A stretch of 64,000 bases of DNA, taken from an uncultured Candidatus Binatia bacterium (GTDB lineage: Bacteria; Desulfobacterota; Binatia; UBA9968; CAXXLF01). Made by a program: the position numbers and the translations under genes. The notes beneath the pieces are model-generated. The model saw nothing but the letters and a program-made list of their open reading frames with translations. It made no database searches and was not told the origin of the DNA. Below are positions 10,207-20,300 of the stretch, piece after piece. Numbering within the stretch: the first letter of the stretch is position 1; every line of letters begins with the position of its first letter. The stretch is from positions 3,616,001 through 3,680,000 of the forward strand of contig OZ244621.1 in NCBI GenBank assembly GCA_965218425.1, in the 5' to 3' direction.

Positions 10207-10402
10207 AAATTCGAAACTCAAAATCCGAAACTCGAAACAATTTCAAATAGCCAAAATGCAAAACAAAAGCGTCGCTCGGTTGGTTTAGGGGCTCGGTTTT
10301 TCGTGCTTGCGGGAAATGCTAGAGCGTTTGTTGAGCCTTTTGAACATTAATAATTTAAAGTTTTGGCATTGTTTAGGATTTCGTGCTTCGGGTTTAGGAT
10401 TT
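10207..10402. repeat. Imperfect inverted-repeat element built from heptamers (AAATCCG-like / CGGATTT-like)
   Basis: Left arm AAATTCG AAACTCA AAATCCG AAACTCG AAACAAT; right arm ATTGTTT AGGATTT CGTGCTT CGGGTTT AGGATTT. A related copy lies at 37617-37746. Confidence 0.7.
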
Positions 10403-10492
10403 TCCCCTTGGGGGCGTCGTGGCGGGGAAAACCCTGTATAAATCCTGCTGTTCAGCTAATTATCGGTAAGATCCTACGGGAGAGCTAATTGA

Positions 10493-11680
10493 GTGAATTT
10501 CAATCGGATCAACAGACTTCCACCATACGTCTTTAATATCATTAACGATTTGAAGCAGGAGGCGAGGCGCGGGGGGGAAGACATTGTGGACTTCGGCATG
10601 GGAAACCCGGATCAACCCAGTCCTTCCCATGTGGTGGATAAACTCATCGATGCAGCGAGGAAGCCTGCGAACCATCGCTACTCGGCTTCGCGCGGTATCT
10701 ACAAGCTACGCCTTGCCATCGCAGATTGGTACAAGAACCGGTATCAAGTGGATGTCGATGCCGACACCGAGGCCATAGTCACATTGGGATCTAAAGAGGG
10801 ATTGGGTCACCTGGTCCTGGCGATATTGGATCCGGGTGACATAGTTTTTTGTCCCAGCCCCACCTATCCCATCCATCAGTACTCGGTGATCATTGCCGGA
10901 GGTGATCTTCGGAGTATTCCACTTCATTCCAGTGAGAGTTTCTTTGAGCATCTACAGGAAGCCATCAAACAGACCTGGCCTAAACCGAAACTCCTGATCC
11001 TTAACTTTCCCCATAATCCTACAACTGAAGTGGTGGACCTGGATTTCTTCCGTCGAATCGTTGAATTTGCAAAGGAGCATGGACTCCTGGTCATCCACGA
11101 TCTGGCCTATGCGGATATTACCTTTGACGGTTATGAGCCACCGAGTTTTCTTCAAGCGCCGGGAGCTAGAGACATAGGAATTGAATTCTTTTCCCTGTCG
11201 AAAAGTTACAATATGCCGGGATGGAGGGTGGGATTTGCCGTGGGGAATCATGAGTTGGTGAATGCACTAGCTCGCATTAAGAGTTACCTGGATTACGGAA
11301 TGTTCCAACCGGTGCAAATCGCTGCAATCCAGGCCCTAAATGGGCCTCAGGACTGTGTGGAATCCATTCGGCAAACCTATTGCAATCGCCGGGACACCCT
11401 GGTGGAGGGATTGGAACGTGTGGGCTGGAAAATCAATAAGCCAAAGGCAACGATGTTTGTGTGGGCCGAAATCCCCGAACCCTGCAAGAAGATGGGCTCC
11501 GTGGAGTTTTCCAAGTTTTTATTGGAGAAGGCTAAAGTGGCAGTGTCTCCAGGGATTGGCTTTGGGGAGTATGGAGACGACTTCGTCCGTTTCGCTCTCA
11601 TCGAGAACGAGCACCGTACCCGTCAGGCGGTAAGGACCATCCGCAAGGCCCTGGGTGAAGGACCCGGCTCGTTCAAATAA
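10493..11680 (+). CDS. alaC: PLP-dependent class I/II aminotransferase, AlaC (YfdZ)-like
   Basis: [36 protein letters not shown] and [15 protein letters not shown] (PLP lysine) motifs; upstream of hom. Confidence 0.8.
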   Translation: MNFNRINRLPPYVFNIINDLKQEARRGGEDIVDFGMGNPDQPSPSHVVDKLIDAARKPANHRYSASRGIYKLRLAIADWYKNRYQVDVDADTEAIVTLGSKEGLGHLVLAILDPGDIVFCPSPTYPIHQYSVIIAGGDLRSIPLHSSESFFEHLQEAIKQTWPKPKLLILNFPHNPTTEVVDLDFFRRIVEFAKEHGLLVIHDLAYADITFDGYEPPSFLQAPGARDIGIEFFSLSKSYNMPGWRVGFAVGNHELVNALARIKSYLDYGMFQPVQIAAIQALNGPQDCVESIRQTYCNRRDTLVEGLERVGWKINKPKATMFVWAEIPEPCKKMGSVEFSKFLLEKAKVAVSPGIGFGEYGDDFVRFALIENEHRTRQAVRTIRKALGEGPGSFK

Positions 11681-11684
11681 CACC

Positions 11685-13082
11685 ATGGCAAAATCCAATG
11701 ACATCCGTCGGGTCAGAATAGGATTGCTGGGCTCAGGAACGGTTGGACAGGCTATCCAGGAGCTCGTCTTTGGTGGCGATCTTGCGGGCAAACTGGGAGT
11801 CGAGGTTGAGATTGTGAAAATTTTTACCCGCCACCCCGAGCAGAAAAAATCATATGCGAGCCAACCTTCTCTATTTACCACAAAGCCCCACGAGGTTACG
11901 GATCACCCCGATGTGGAGGTGGTGATCGAAGTCCTGGGCTCACGGCAAAACGAAGACTTGCCGGTTTTTAGGGACCATGTCATTCGGGCGATGGAGAAGG
12001 GCAAAGACGTCATTACGTCAGACAAGGCAATCCTGGCCACCTATGGAAATGAGATATGGGCGTCAGCCGAAAAGTACGGCCGGGAGATTGGATTTGAAGC
12101 CTCCGTGGGCGCAAGCATTCCCATCATCAAGTCGCTCAAGGAAAGCCTTGCCGCGGAAGAACCCGAAGCGATTTATGGGATTGTCAATGGAACTTGCAAC
12201 TATATCCTCACCGAGATGAAAAGCGGAGGGAAGTCCTATGAAGAATCCCTACGCGAGGCCCAGGAGCTGGGGTATGCAGAGACGAACCCGGAAATGGATG
12301 TGGCCGGCATGGACGCAGAGGCGAAACTGATCCTGTTGAGCACCGTTGCCTTTGGCCTGCAACTGGAACCAGGTGTCATTTACCGCAGAGGAATTGACGA
12401 AATCCATGCCATCGACTTTCAGTACGCTTGCGCAAAAAGGGCTAGCACCATAAAATCACTGGCCGTTGCAAGAAGCGAGGACGGGGCCATCCAGGCCTTT
12501 GTCTCCCCGGTGCTTGTACCCAATGAACATTTTTTATCGAACATCGATGGTGTTACCAACGCGATTTTCTTCAAGAGAAAAGGGAGCGAGCAGCACTCCA
12601 GCAGTGGCCACCCCGGATGGAACTATTCGTTCATCGGTCCAGGCGCAGGAGGAGGGCCCACAGCCGTGGCCATATTAGGTGACCTGTGCCATCTTGTGCG
12701 ACAACCCCGGCAGAAAGGGGTCAGTTCGAACCCCTGGAGGAAAAGGAAAGGAATTTCGGTTCAGTCTCAGGATTCCATCAGGGCAGACTTTTACGTCAGG
12801 TTTGTGGTCAAGGATCAGAGTGGAATCGTGGGAGACATCTGCCGGATCTTCGGGGACAAGGGAGTGAACATATCCGAGGTTTGGCAACTGAACCATGGTG
12901 AAAAGGAGTTGGAGGGGTTAACCTGGAAATATCACTTGACAGAAAAATCGGCGAGGATTCTTCCATTTGCGATTACATTGGAACGAACCACCATAGGACA
13001 GATAAAAAAAGCACTGGACATCATTAAAAAGAAGGATTTTATATTGGTTGAGCCCATCTGGCTGCCCATCTGGAGTCATTGA
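11685..13082 (+). CDS. hom: Homoserine dehydrogenase with C-terminal ACT domain
   Basis: GLLGSGTVG, FEASVGASIP, GIVNGTCNYIL, AQELGYAE, GPGAGGGPTA and ACT-like DQSGIVGDI motifs. ATG 11685 preferred over the overlapping start at 11655. Confidence 0.92.
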   Translation: MAKSNDIRRVRIGLLGSGTVGQAIQELVFGGDLAGKLGVEVEIVKIFTRHPEQKKSYASQPSLFTTKPHEVTDHPDVEVVIEVLGSRQNEDLPVFRDHVIRAMEKGKDVITSDKAILATYGNEIWASAEKYGREIGFEASVGASIPIIKSLKESLAAEEPEAIYGIVNGTCNYILTEMKSGGKSYEESLREAQELGYAETNPEMDVAGMDAEAKLILLSTVAFGLQLEPGVIYRRGIDEIHAIDFQYACAKRASTIKSLAVARSEDGAIQAFVSPVLVPNEHFLSNIDGVTNAIFFKRKGSEQHSSSGHPGWNYSFIGPGAGGGPTAVAILGDLCHLVRQPRQKGVSSNPWRKRKGISVQSQDSIRADFYVRFVVKDQSGIVGDICRIFGDKGVNISEVWQLNHGEKELEGLTWKYHLTEKSARILPFAITLERTTIGQIKKALDIIKKKDFILVEPIWLPIWSH

Positions 13083-13098
13083 AGATATGGCAAACGCT

Positions 13099-14325
13099 AT
13101 GAAGTACGTCATCCTGCAAGGCGATGGCATGGCGGATTTCCCCATCGATAGCTTGGGGGGGAAGACGCCATTGGAAGCCGCAAAGACCCCCAATATGGAT
13201 TGGCTCGCGGCCCACGGGTCCTTTGGCCTTGCCTATACCATTCCAGAGGGCCTTCCCCCGGGAAGCGATGTGGGGAACATGAGCATTCTCGGTTATAGCT
13301 CTAAGACTTACTACACCGGGAGAGCACCCCTGGAAGCGGCTAGCATGGGAGTCAAACTCAACGCAACCGACGTGGCCTTCCGTTGCAATTTGGTCACGCT
13401 AAAGAACCATAAAGATACCCATATCATGGAGGACTTTGCGGCGGGACATATTCCCACGGAGGAGGCCGCCGAGATCATTGGGGATTTGGGACGTCATTTG
13501 GGAGGGGAAGGAGTCGAATTCCATCCCGGAGTGAGTTACCGCCACCTCATGGTATGGCGCAATGGCAAAGAGGAGATGAAAACCACCCCGCCCCACGATA
13601 TCAGTGATAAGGAGACCGCGCCCTATCTTCCTGAAGGTGATGGGGCCCCGTTTCTTCGCGAACTTATGGCGGCCTCGCAGCCGATTCTGGAGAATCACAC
13701 GATCAATTTAAAAAGGGAAGAGAGGGGAGAGAGAAAGGCCACTTCCATCTGGCTATGGGGGCAGGGTAAGGCTCCTCAACTGCCAACCTTGAAGGATCGA
13801 TTCGGTATCAGCGGTGCGGTCATATCGGCGGTGGATCTCGTCAAGGGATTGGGAGTCTATGCCGGGCTCGAGCGGATAGCGGTACCCGGGATCACCGGAT
13901 TCCTTGATACCAATTACCAGGGAAAGGGAGAGTACGGTTTAGAGGCATTAAAAGAGAAAGACTTGATCTTCATCCATGTGGAAGCCCCCGACGAGGCCGG
14001 CCATATGGGAAGCGCCGAAGAAAAGGTCAAGGCCATCGAAGCCTTTGACGAAAAAGTCGTCGGGACTATTGTGCGGGGCTTGGATCGCTGGCCTGATTGG
14101 AGGGTTCTTCTCCTACCAGATCATGCGACCCCCGTTGCCCTAAAAACCCATGTTGCCGGACCCGTTCCTTTTGTTCTATGCTCCTCTGGCGAGAAAGCAG
14201 AGGCCCAACCCTTCGGTTTCAATGAAACCGACGCGAATAAGAGTGGGGTTGTGGTGAAGGATGCCCACACCTTAATAGAAGGGCTCATAGAGGGGAGGAA
14301 GCCATGGATCGAAACCTCGCCCTAG
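13099..14325 (+). CDS. apgM: Cofactor-independent phosphoglycerate mutase, ApgM type (alkaline phosphatase superfamily)
   Basis: MKYVILQGDGMAD, KTPLEAAKTPNMD, PGSDVGNMS, HVEAPDEAGH and PDHATP motifs. Confidence 0.85.
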   Translation: MKYVILQGDGMADFPIDSLGGKTPLEAAKTPNMDWLAAHGSFGLAYTIPEGLPPGSDVGNMSILGYSSKTYYTGRAPLEAASMGVKLNATDVAFRCNLVTLKNHKDTHIMEDFAAGHIPTEEAAEIIGDLGRHLGGEGVEFHPGVSYRHLMVWRNGKEEMKTTPPHDISDKETAPYLPEGDGAPFLRELMAASQPILENHTINLKREERGERKATSIWLWGQGKAPQLPTLKDRFGISGAVISAVDLVKGLGVYAGLERIAVPGITGFLDTNYQGKGEYGLEALKEKDLIFIHVEAPDEAGHMGSAEEKVKAIEAFDEKVVGTIVRGLDRWPDWRVLLLPDHATPVALKTHVAGPVPFVLCSSGEKAEAQPFGFNETDANKSGVVVKDAHTLIEGLIEGRKPWIETSP

Positions 14326-15257
14326 AGGTAGTCCGAATCACGGAAGCGGCTGCCCTTGCCTGTGCCCGTCATATGGGGAAGGGAGATGAGAAGTTAGCGG
14401 ACCAGGCGGCGGTGGATGCCATGCGTCGAGCCTTCGACAGTGTCTCCTTCAGCGGTACCGTAGTGATTGGAGAGGGAGAGAGGGATGAAGCTCCCATGCT
14501 TTATATCGGTGAGACGGTGGGGGACAGTCAAGGGTCTGCCGTTGACATCGCCGTAGACCCTCTCGAGGGGACTACCATCTGCGCCAACGGAGGACCCAAC
14601 GCCCTTTCCGTTATAGCCATTGCCGATCAGGGAAAATTTCTACATTGCCCGGACACTTACATGGACAAGATCGCTGTGGGTGCGGAGGGGAAGGGGATCA
14701 TCGATCTCGATTATAGCCCCACAGAGAATCTCAGACTGTTGGCGGAGGCCAAGGGGCGGGGTGTGGAGGATTTGACCGTGGTTATTCTCTATCGTCCACG
14801 TCACGAGGCCTTGATCGAAGAAGTACGAAAAGCAGGTGCACGCATCAAGCTGATTAGCGATGGAGATGTTGCAGGGGCCATTGCCACCACCAAACCCGAG
14901 ACCGGGATTGATATGTTAATGGGAATCGGAGGAGCACCCGAAGGAGTCCTGGCGGCGGCGGCCCTGCGCTGTGTTGGGGGCTACATGCAGGCCCGGTTGA
15001 AGCCACGCGATCCGCAGGAAATCGAGCGAGCCAAGGCAATGGGTATCCAGGACATCGAAAAAAAGTATTTCATACAAGAGCTGGCGGACGGTGAAGTCAT
15101 GTTTGCCGCTACGGGCGTAACGGACGGAGAGTATCTCAAAGGGGTTCGATTTTTCGCCGGTGGAGCTACCACCCAGTCGCTAGTCATGAGATCAAAAACG
15201 CGGACCAGTCGCGTTGTTAACGCAACCCATAATTTCGAATTCAAGCCGGGTTATTAA
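14304..15257 (+). CDS. glpX: Fructose-1,6-bisphosphatase class II
   Basis: MDRNLALEVVRITEAAA, VIGEGERDEAPML, VDPLEGT and GIGGAPEGVL motifs. Confidence 0.96.
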   Translation: MDRNLALEVVRITEAAALACARHMGKGDEKLADQAAVDAMRRAFDSVSFSGTVVIGEGERDEAPMLYIGETVGDSQGSAVDIAVDPLEGTTICANGGPNALSVIAIADQGKFLHCPDTYMDKIAVGAEGKGIIDLDYSPTENLRLLAEAKGRGVEDLTVVILYRPRHEALIEEVRKAGARIKLISDGDVAGAIATTKPETGIDMLMGIGGAPEGVLAAAALRCVGGYMQARLKPRDPQEIERAKAMGIQDIEKKYFIQELADGEVMFAATGVTDGEYLKGVRFFAGGATTQSLVMRSKTRTSRVVNATHNFEFKPGY

Positions 15258-15272
15258 ATCTAGAGATGCTCT

Positions 15273-15509
15273 GTGGCTGCCAGCAAGACGAGAAAGAAAA
15301 GAGCCAAACCCAACAAGTTGCCTGTTGCACTTATCTTCGTGTCAGGAATCCTGCTCGCTGTACTCGCGTGGTTCTTTTGGAGCGAGCTCGAAAAATTATC
15401 CGAGCCGGTACAAAGAAAGATCGCGGCAAAGCGCACCCGGGAGAGCCCGCCGGAAGAGATTTCGGAGCAGGAACGAAAGGATCTCGACCGGCTTCTCAAG
15501 CGTCCCTGA
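15273..15509 (+). CDS. Small single-pass membrane protein, hypothetical
   Basis: Basic N-terminus, one hydrophobic helix (VALIFVSGILLAVLAWFFW), charged tail; starts 15 nt after the glpX stop. Confidence 0.6.
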   Translation: MAASKTRKKRAKPNKLPVALIFVSGILLAVLAWFFWSELEKLSEPVQRKIAAKRTRESPPEEISEQERKDLDRLLKRP

Positions 15510-15624
15510 AGGCCACTATTTTCTTTCCGCCACACACGGTTCAGTGAGACTCCATCGACCCTGACCCTTCTGTGACCGAGCCTTTGAACATGTTACGGAG
15601 AGATTGCTGAGACAAAAATAACCG

Positions 15625-16726
15625 TCAGTCGTCCAATTCCTGTGGCGATTCAATTCTGAATGCGGCTGCGACTTTGGGATCTTTCCATCCTTTGAGCTCC
15701 AGGAGCGGAAGCAGGCTGGTGTAGTCATCCGTCCAGGGCCGTACGTGGTGATATGGCGCTGGTTTCTTCGTGGCAGCCCCCGCGATGAGCGGTATGTTTA
15801 GGAACTTCTCATTCCTTGTGAGAATCATCGAGCTACTCCCCCAATCCATATCCGTTTCCGGTTGGGAGTCGACCCGGATGGACTTCAAACCCAGATGACT
15901 TGCCAGACGTCTAATGACCGGCTCAAAATTTGGATGATAGGTATCGATCAAGGTAGCGATCACCCCATCGGCTTGAGATGCCGGAGATAGGTCTCGAAGG
16001 CTTCCACGGTTAACAGGTGTACCGGTATCGCGTCTCCAGTGAAGGCGTCGAGCAGTAAAATATCGAACTCCTGGGACGGGTCCCGTTCCATTGCCAAACG
16101 CCCATCCCCCATAATAATTTCAATCTTGGCGCGGGTATCCCTCAGGCAGGTAAAGTAGAATTCCGCCAAGCGCCGAATCTCCGGGTTGATCTCGTAGATC
16201 CTCATGGTGTCCTGCTCACGAGCGTACAGGGCTAGGGTCCCTGCGCCGAGGCCCACAAGACCGATCCGCCGTTGTTCCCGCCGGGGGAAATGCTTCAGGA
16301 CCAGTCCGGCGCCGCTGCCCGGTGAGTAATAGCCCGCGCCTCTCCGGGGCGGTAAACTGCGCTCCGTGGAGAATGCGGCCGTGGAGGAGATGCCGTTGCT
16401 CATCTGGCGAGCCGCGAAAGAGCTGCCGCACGCCGAGAACGCCGTAAAAGTTCCGTGTCCGGGCAAGGGCGGCTAGCAGAAGCGCGCCGTGCAGGACGGC
16501 CTGGTGGCGGGAGCTCAGCCGGCGGATGCTCAGGTGCACGTATGCGTAGCCACCCAACTTGAAAAAACAACGCGCAGGTGGTCCAGACCGTTGGTCCACC
16601 TGCGAACCGGGCCAGAATATACTTTATGATTAGGGGCTGAACCTGCAAGAGCAGGAACGCGGCTGTAAAAATAGTTACGGCGAACGGCAGAATGCCCAAT
16701 AAAGACGAACATGCATTATGGATCAC
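15625..16726 (-). pseudogene. Degraded fused membrane/spermidine-synthase-like SAM-binding protein
   Basis: Fragments in different frames join up: TIFTAAFLLLQVQPLIIKYIL..GGPTVWTTCALFFQ / LGGYAYVH..RNFYGVL..HGRILHGAQ / IGLVGLGAGTLA..YEINPE..GDGRL..LDAFTGDAIPVHLLT / WTDDYTSLL. At least three frameshifts, and most of the membrane domain is missing. Confidence 0.8.
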
Positions 16727-17098
16727 GGCGATCCCTCGAACCCGGGGGTGGGTTTATTGAAATTTACAAAAAATTCCTGACCAGTCGGTGAATTCAACTA
16801 GAGGTCGAACCCACTGCCGGCTCCATTGCAAGCCATAGAACCGTCAACAACCAGAGAAGGTGCTGAAGTCTGATGATTAGACTCCAAACGATTCCATATG
16901 ATCGTGTCTTAAATAGACAAAGGGAATGGTATGAGCAAAATTGGGTTGATCTTGAAGTAGAATGTTAACTAGCTTGAATGGGCAAAACGGATAGCCAAAT
17001 TGAACTATGCGAGAAATGTAGGCGTTTAAGCTGCCATTAGAAAGAGGAACGGTCCGAGTAAGAAACTCAAGCCAATGATTACCTCGCGTAGTGATGAC

Positions 17099-18235
17099 TC
17101 AAGATCCTCTTTTTAATACGTTATAAAGCCTTGCGCAGTTGTCCCAGAACATCTTTCGCCTTGAGCCGTCGCTAAGCCCATCAATCCGGAGAAAGGTGTC
17201 GATTGCCTTTGGCCAGCGCGAGTCCGCATGGGGGTAATCGGTGGAGATCACGATGTTGTCGTCTCCGATCCTCTTTACTACGTCCACCACCAGGTCTTCT
17301 TCCACATCCACGGACACAAAGCACTGCCGCAAGAAGTACTCACTGGGCTTCAGGCTCAAGGGTTCAGTGGCGTAACCATGCCGGAGCTCCCAGCGTTCGT
17401 CCAATCGATAGAGCATCCAGGGCAACCAACCGCAGTTCCCCTCCAGAAATGCCACTTTGAGTTTGGGAAATCGTTCCAGTACGCCACCGGCGCAAAAGCT
17501 CCCCACGGCCAGCATCAATTCGATGGGGTTACGGTAGGCGTTGACAAGAACACCGTCATTGGGATGTCCCCAAAAACGGCGGGCCACCTGTTCGTGGTTG
17601 GGATTGGCTGCGGGGTGGAAGCAGATGGGCACCCCCAGACGCTCGGTTTCACGCCACAGCGGGTCAAAATAATAATCATGGATATGTCTACCGTTGACGG
17701 GTTCCGAGACCAGTGCCAGACCAACGGCCCCTAGGTCATTGACGGCCCGGCGGGCCTCGTCGATTGCCAAATCCACATCGTGCAGCGTGATTAGCGCGGA
17801 GGGTTTCAATCGCTTGGGATCTTCTTTACAGAAATCGGATATCCAGCTATTCCAAGCACGGCACAGGTCCGTGGCATATTCCGGTTCAAAGTCATCATTC
17901 GTATGGATGGGGCCCGTGCGAAACAGTACGGCGATGTCCAAACCTTCCATGTCCATGGCTTTGAGTTGGTAAGCCGCATCGTAGTCACACCGAAGCGCCT
18001 CTTGATACCGGCCCGCAGCGGCATCGATGCCGGGAGAACTTTTGGAACTCGATGGGGATGCGACTCGTGGCGCCGACCCGTCGGCCAGGGTGAATTTAAC
18101 CGCTCCGTGCTTCTTTCTCGGCTCGGCGCGCGGTATACGGTCATCCCATTTTGGATTCATGTATTTTAAATAGAGGTCGTAGGGTTCGAAAACATGCATG
18201 TCGCTGTCGATGATCCTAAAACCGTTTGGGGCCAT
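17099..18235 (-). CDS. Amidohydrolase-2 family metalloenzyme (decarboxylase/hydratase-like)
   Basis: IIDSDMHVFEP, PICFHP, FPKLKVAFLEGNCGWLP and STDYPHADS motifs; AAGGAGG RBS before ATG 18235. Confidence 0.88.
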   Translation of the reverse strand: MAPNGFRIIDSDMHVFEPYDLYLKYMNPKWDDRIPRAEPRKKHGAVKFTLADGSAPRVASPSSSKSSPGIDAAAGRYQEALRCDYDAAYQLKAMDMEGLDIAVLFRTGPIHTNDDFEPEYATDLCRAWNSWISDFCKEDPKRLKPSALITLHDVDLAIDEARRAVNDLGAVGLALVSEPVNGRHIHDYYFDPLWRETERLGVPICFHPAANPNHEQVARRFWGHPNDGVLVNAYRNPIELMLAVGSFCAGGVLERFPKLKVAFLEGNCGWLPWMLYRLDERWELRHGYATEPLSLKPSEYFLRQCFVSVDVEEDLVVDVVKRIGDDNIVISTDYPHADSRWPKAIDTFLRIDGLSDGSRRKMFWDNCARLYNVLKRGS

Positions 18236-18573
18236 TGCATCCTCCTTCTTTTCCGGTGCTCCAATCAGCAAAGCCTCGCGGTGGAAAGAGTACTGAGGCG
18301 TGTTGTCGTATACTGACCTGCTATTGGGGCTCATATCGCGCCTGGAAAACCGAGTCAAGTCATGATTACTTGATCTTCTGGAAGGTTCGCGTGGGAGAGG
18401 ATAAAACTGGCTAAAATGTTATGAAAAAGCTATGCTTTGACGGTAAAAAAATGAATCAAGTTGCTGGGTGTAGGCGAGTTGGAGCGGGCTCGGCTTGACG
18501 TCAAAAAACGTCGCTGGTAAGGAAACAGTAGCTGTACACTTTAAAAATAAAGCTACGGAGGAGGAATAAGAAG

Positions 18574-19365
18574 TTGGCCAGACTTAATGAACAAAGCATT
18601 AAACAAGCGGCGCAGGCCCTTTTTTCGGCAGAGAAAGACCGGCGTCCAATTCGTCCCTTTACCGAGCAATTCGAGGGGATCGCGCCTGAAGATGCCTATC
18701 GGATTCAGCTCGCCTTGATGGAGTTGAAAACAGCCAATGGCGCAAAGGTGGTGGGTAAGAAAATCGGCCTTACAAGCAAGGCTATGCAGCAGATGTTAAA
18801 TGTAGACCAGCCGGATTATGGTCATATCCTCGACAGTATGATTGTGTCGGATGGGAGTCTTTTCCCGGCCAATGAACTGATACAACCGAGGATCGAGCCC
18901 GAGATCGCATTCGTGTTAGACCGGGACTTAAAAGGGCCGGGTGTAACGTCGGTGCAGGTCCTCGCGGCCACAGCCTTTGTGCTGCCCGCGCTGGAGATCA
19001 TTGACAGCCGGTTCGAGAGTTGGAAGATCAAATTGAGTGACACCATTGCGGACAATGCATCATCAGCGCGCATCGTCCTCGGGGTGAGCCCGCGGCGAGT
19101 GGATCAGCTCGACCTCAGGCTCGTGGGTATGGTGATGGAGAAAAACGGCGAGGTGGTTCAGACCGGCGCCGGTGCCGCCGCCCTGGGGCATCCGGCCAAT
19201 GCCGTAGCGTGGTTGGCTAATGCTGTGGGAGATTTCGGCGTAACCCTGAATGCCGGCGAGGTCATCATGCCGGGGGCTCTTTGCGGTGCGGCCGATGTGG
19301 CCCCTGGGGACACGATTCGCGCTAGCTTCGACGGTTTGGGTACGGCCTCAGTGCGTTTCATTTAG
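18574..19365 (+). CDS. mhpD: 2-keto-4-pentenoate hydratase (FAH superfamily)
   Basis: [30 protein letters not shown] and DTIADNASS motifs; in an operon with mhpF/dmpG. Confidence 0.88.
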   Translation: MARLNEQSIKQAAQALFSAEKDRRPIRPFTEQFEGIAPEDAYRIQLALMELKTANGAKVVGKKIGLTSKAMQQMLNVDQPDYGHILDSMIVSDGSLFPANELIQPRIEPEIAFVLDRDLKGPGVTSVQVLAATAFVLPALEIIDSRFESWKIKLSDTIADNASSARIVLGVSPRRVDQLDLRLVGMVMEKNGEVVQTGAGAAALGHPANAVAWLANAVGDFGVTLNAGEVIMPGALCGAADVAPGDTIRASFDGLGTASVRFI

Positions 19366-19376
19366 AGGAGAATTTC

Positions 19377-20300
19377 GTGGAGAAGGTAAAGGTCGCCATC
19401 ATTGGCTCGGGAAACATTGGTACGGATCTACTTTATAAGCTCAAGCGAAGCGGTCTATTGGTCCCCGCGGTGATGGCTGGGATTGTCCCCGAATCGGAAG
19501 GCCTGGCGCGGGCCCGTAAGGAGGGACTAGTAACTACCCATGAAGGAATCGAAGGGTTGCTTAAGCTGGTTGATCAATTCGACATTGCCTTTGAGGCGAC
19601 CACCGCCAGTGCCCATATGCAAAATGCTCCCTTGCTCAAAAAGGCAAACAAGATCGCTATTGATCTCACACCTGCGGCTGTGGGCCCTTACGTGGTCCCT
19701 CTAGTCAATCTCAACGAACATCTGGGTGAACCCAACGTTAATATGGTAAGCTGCGGCGGGCAGGCCACGGTTCCCTGCGTCCATGCCATGCGACAGGTGG
19801 CGCAGGTCGAATACGCGGAGATCGTTGCAACCATCGCGAGCAAGAGTGCGGGGCCGGGGACGAGGCAGAACATCGACGAGTTTACCGACACCACGGCCCG
19901 AGGGTTAGAAACCGTGGGGGGTGCCGGGCGCGGCAAGGCGATTATCGTTTTGAATCCGGCGGAGCCGCCAGTCCTCATGCGAAATACGGTTTACGGCATT
20001 GTAGAAGAGGCGGACCCGGAGAAACTTCGGCAATCCATTGAGGCTATGGTCAAACGGACGCAGGAATATGTGGCCGGCTATCGACTCAAGGCTAAACCCC
20101 TAGTTGAAGATATTTCCGGTGACAAAAGAAAAAAGAAGGTCACGGTATTTGTTGAAGTGGAGGGAGTGGGTGACTATCTACCCAAGTACGCGGGAAATCT
20201 GGATATCATGACCTCAGCGGCCGTGAAGGTAGGAGAAGAAATCGGCAAGCATCTGGTCGCAGGGACCTGGCAGAAGAAGACCATGGAGGCACGGGCATGA
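19377..20300 (+). CDS. mhpF: Acetaldehyde dehydrogenase (acylating)
   Basis: [41 protein letters not shown] and YAGNLDIMT motifs. Confidence 0.95.
   Translation: MEKVKVAIIGSGNIGTDLLYKLKRSGLLVPAVMAGIVPESEGLARARKEGLVTTHEGIEGLLKLVDQFDIAFEATTASAHMQNAPLLKKANKIAIDLTPAAVGPYVVPLVNLNEHLGEPNVNMVSCGGQATVPCVHAMRQVAQVEYAEIVATIASKSAGPGTRQNIDEFTDTTARGLETVGGAGRGKAIIVLNPAEPPVLMRNTVYGIVEEADPEKLRQSIEAMVKRTQEYVAGYRLKAKPLVEDISGDKRKKKVTVFVEVEGVGDYLPKYAGNLDIMTSAAVKVGEEIGKHLVAGTWQKKTMEARA

Noticed and set aside
10103..10288. 61-aa ORF after recG
   Set aside because: Its SKLKIRNSKQ-like sequence is just the translation of the heptamer repeat.
10207..10402. CRISPR array
   Set aside because: Degenerate 7-mers in inverted arms, with no constant repeat/unique spacer pattern and no cas genes.
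16780..16825. Intact tRNA gene
   Set aside because: Only a 3'-end-like stretch; no D-arm, anticodon arm or matching 5' acceptor strand.
18355..18505. Short palindromes (TCAAGT-N7-ACTTGA; TTGACGTCAA) in the divergent amidohydrolase/mhpD spacer
   Set aside because: Plausible operators, but too short and not repeated in the window, so chance cannot be excluded.
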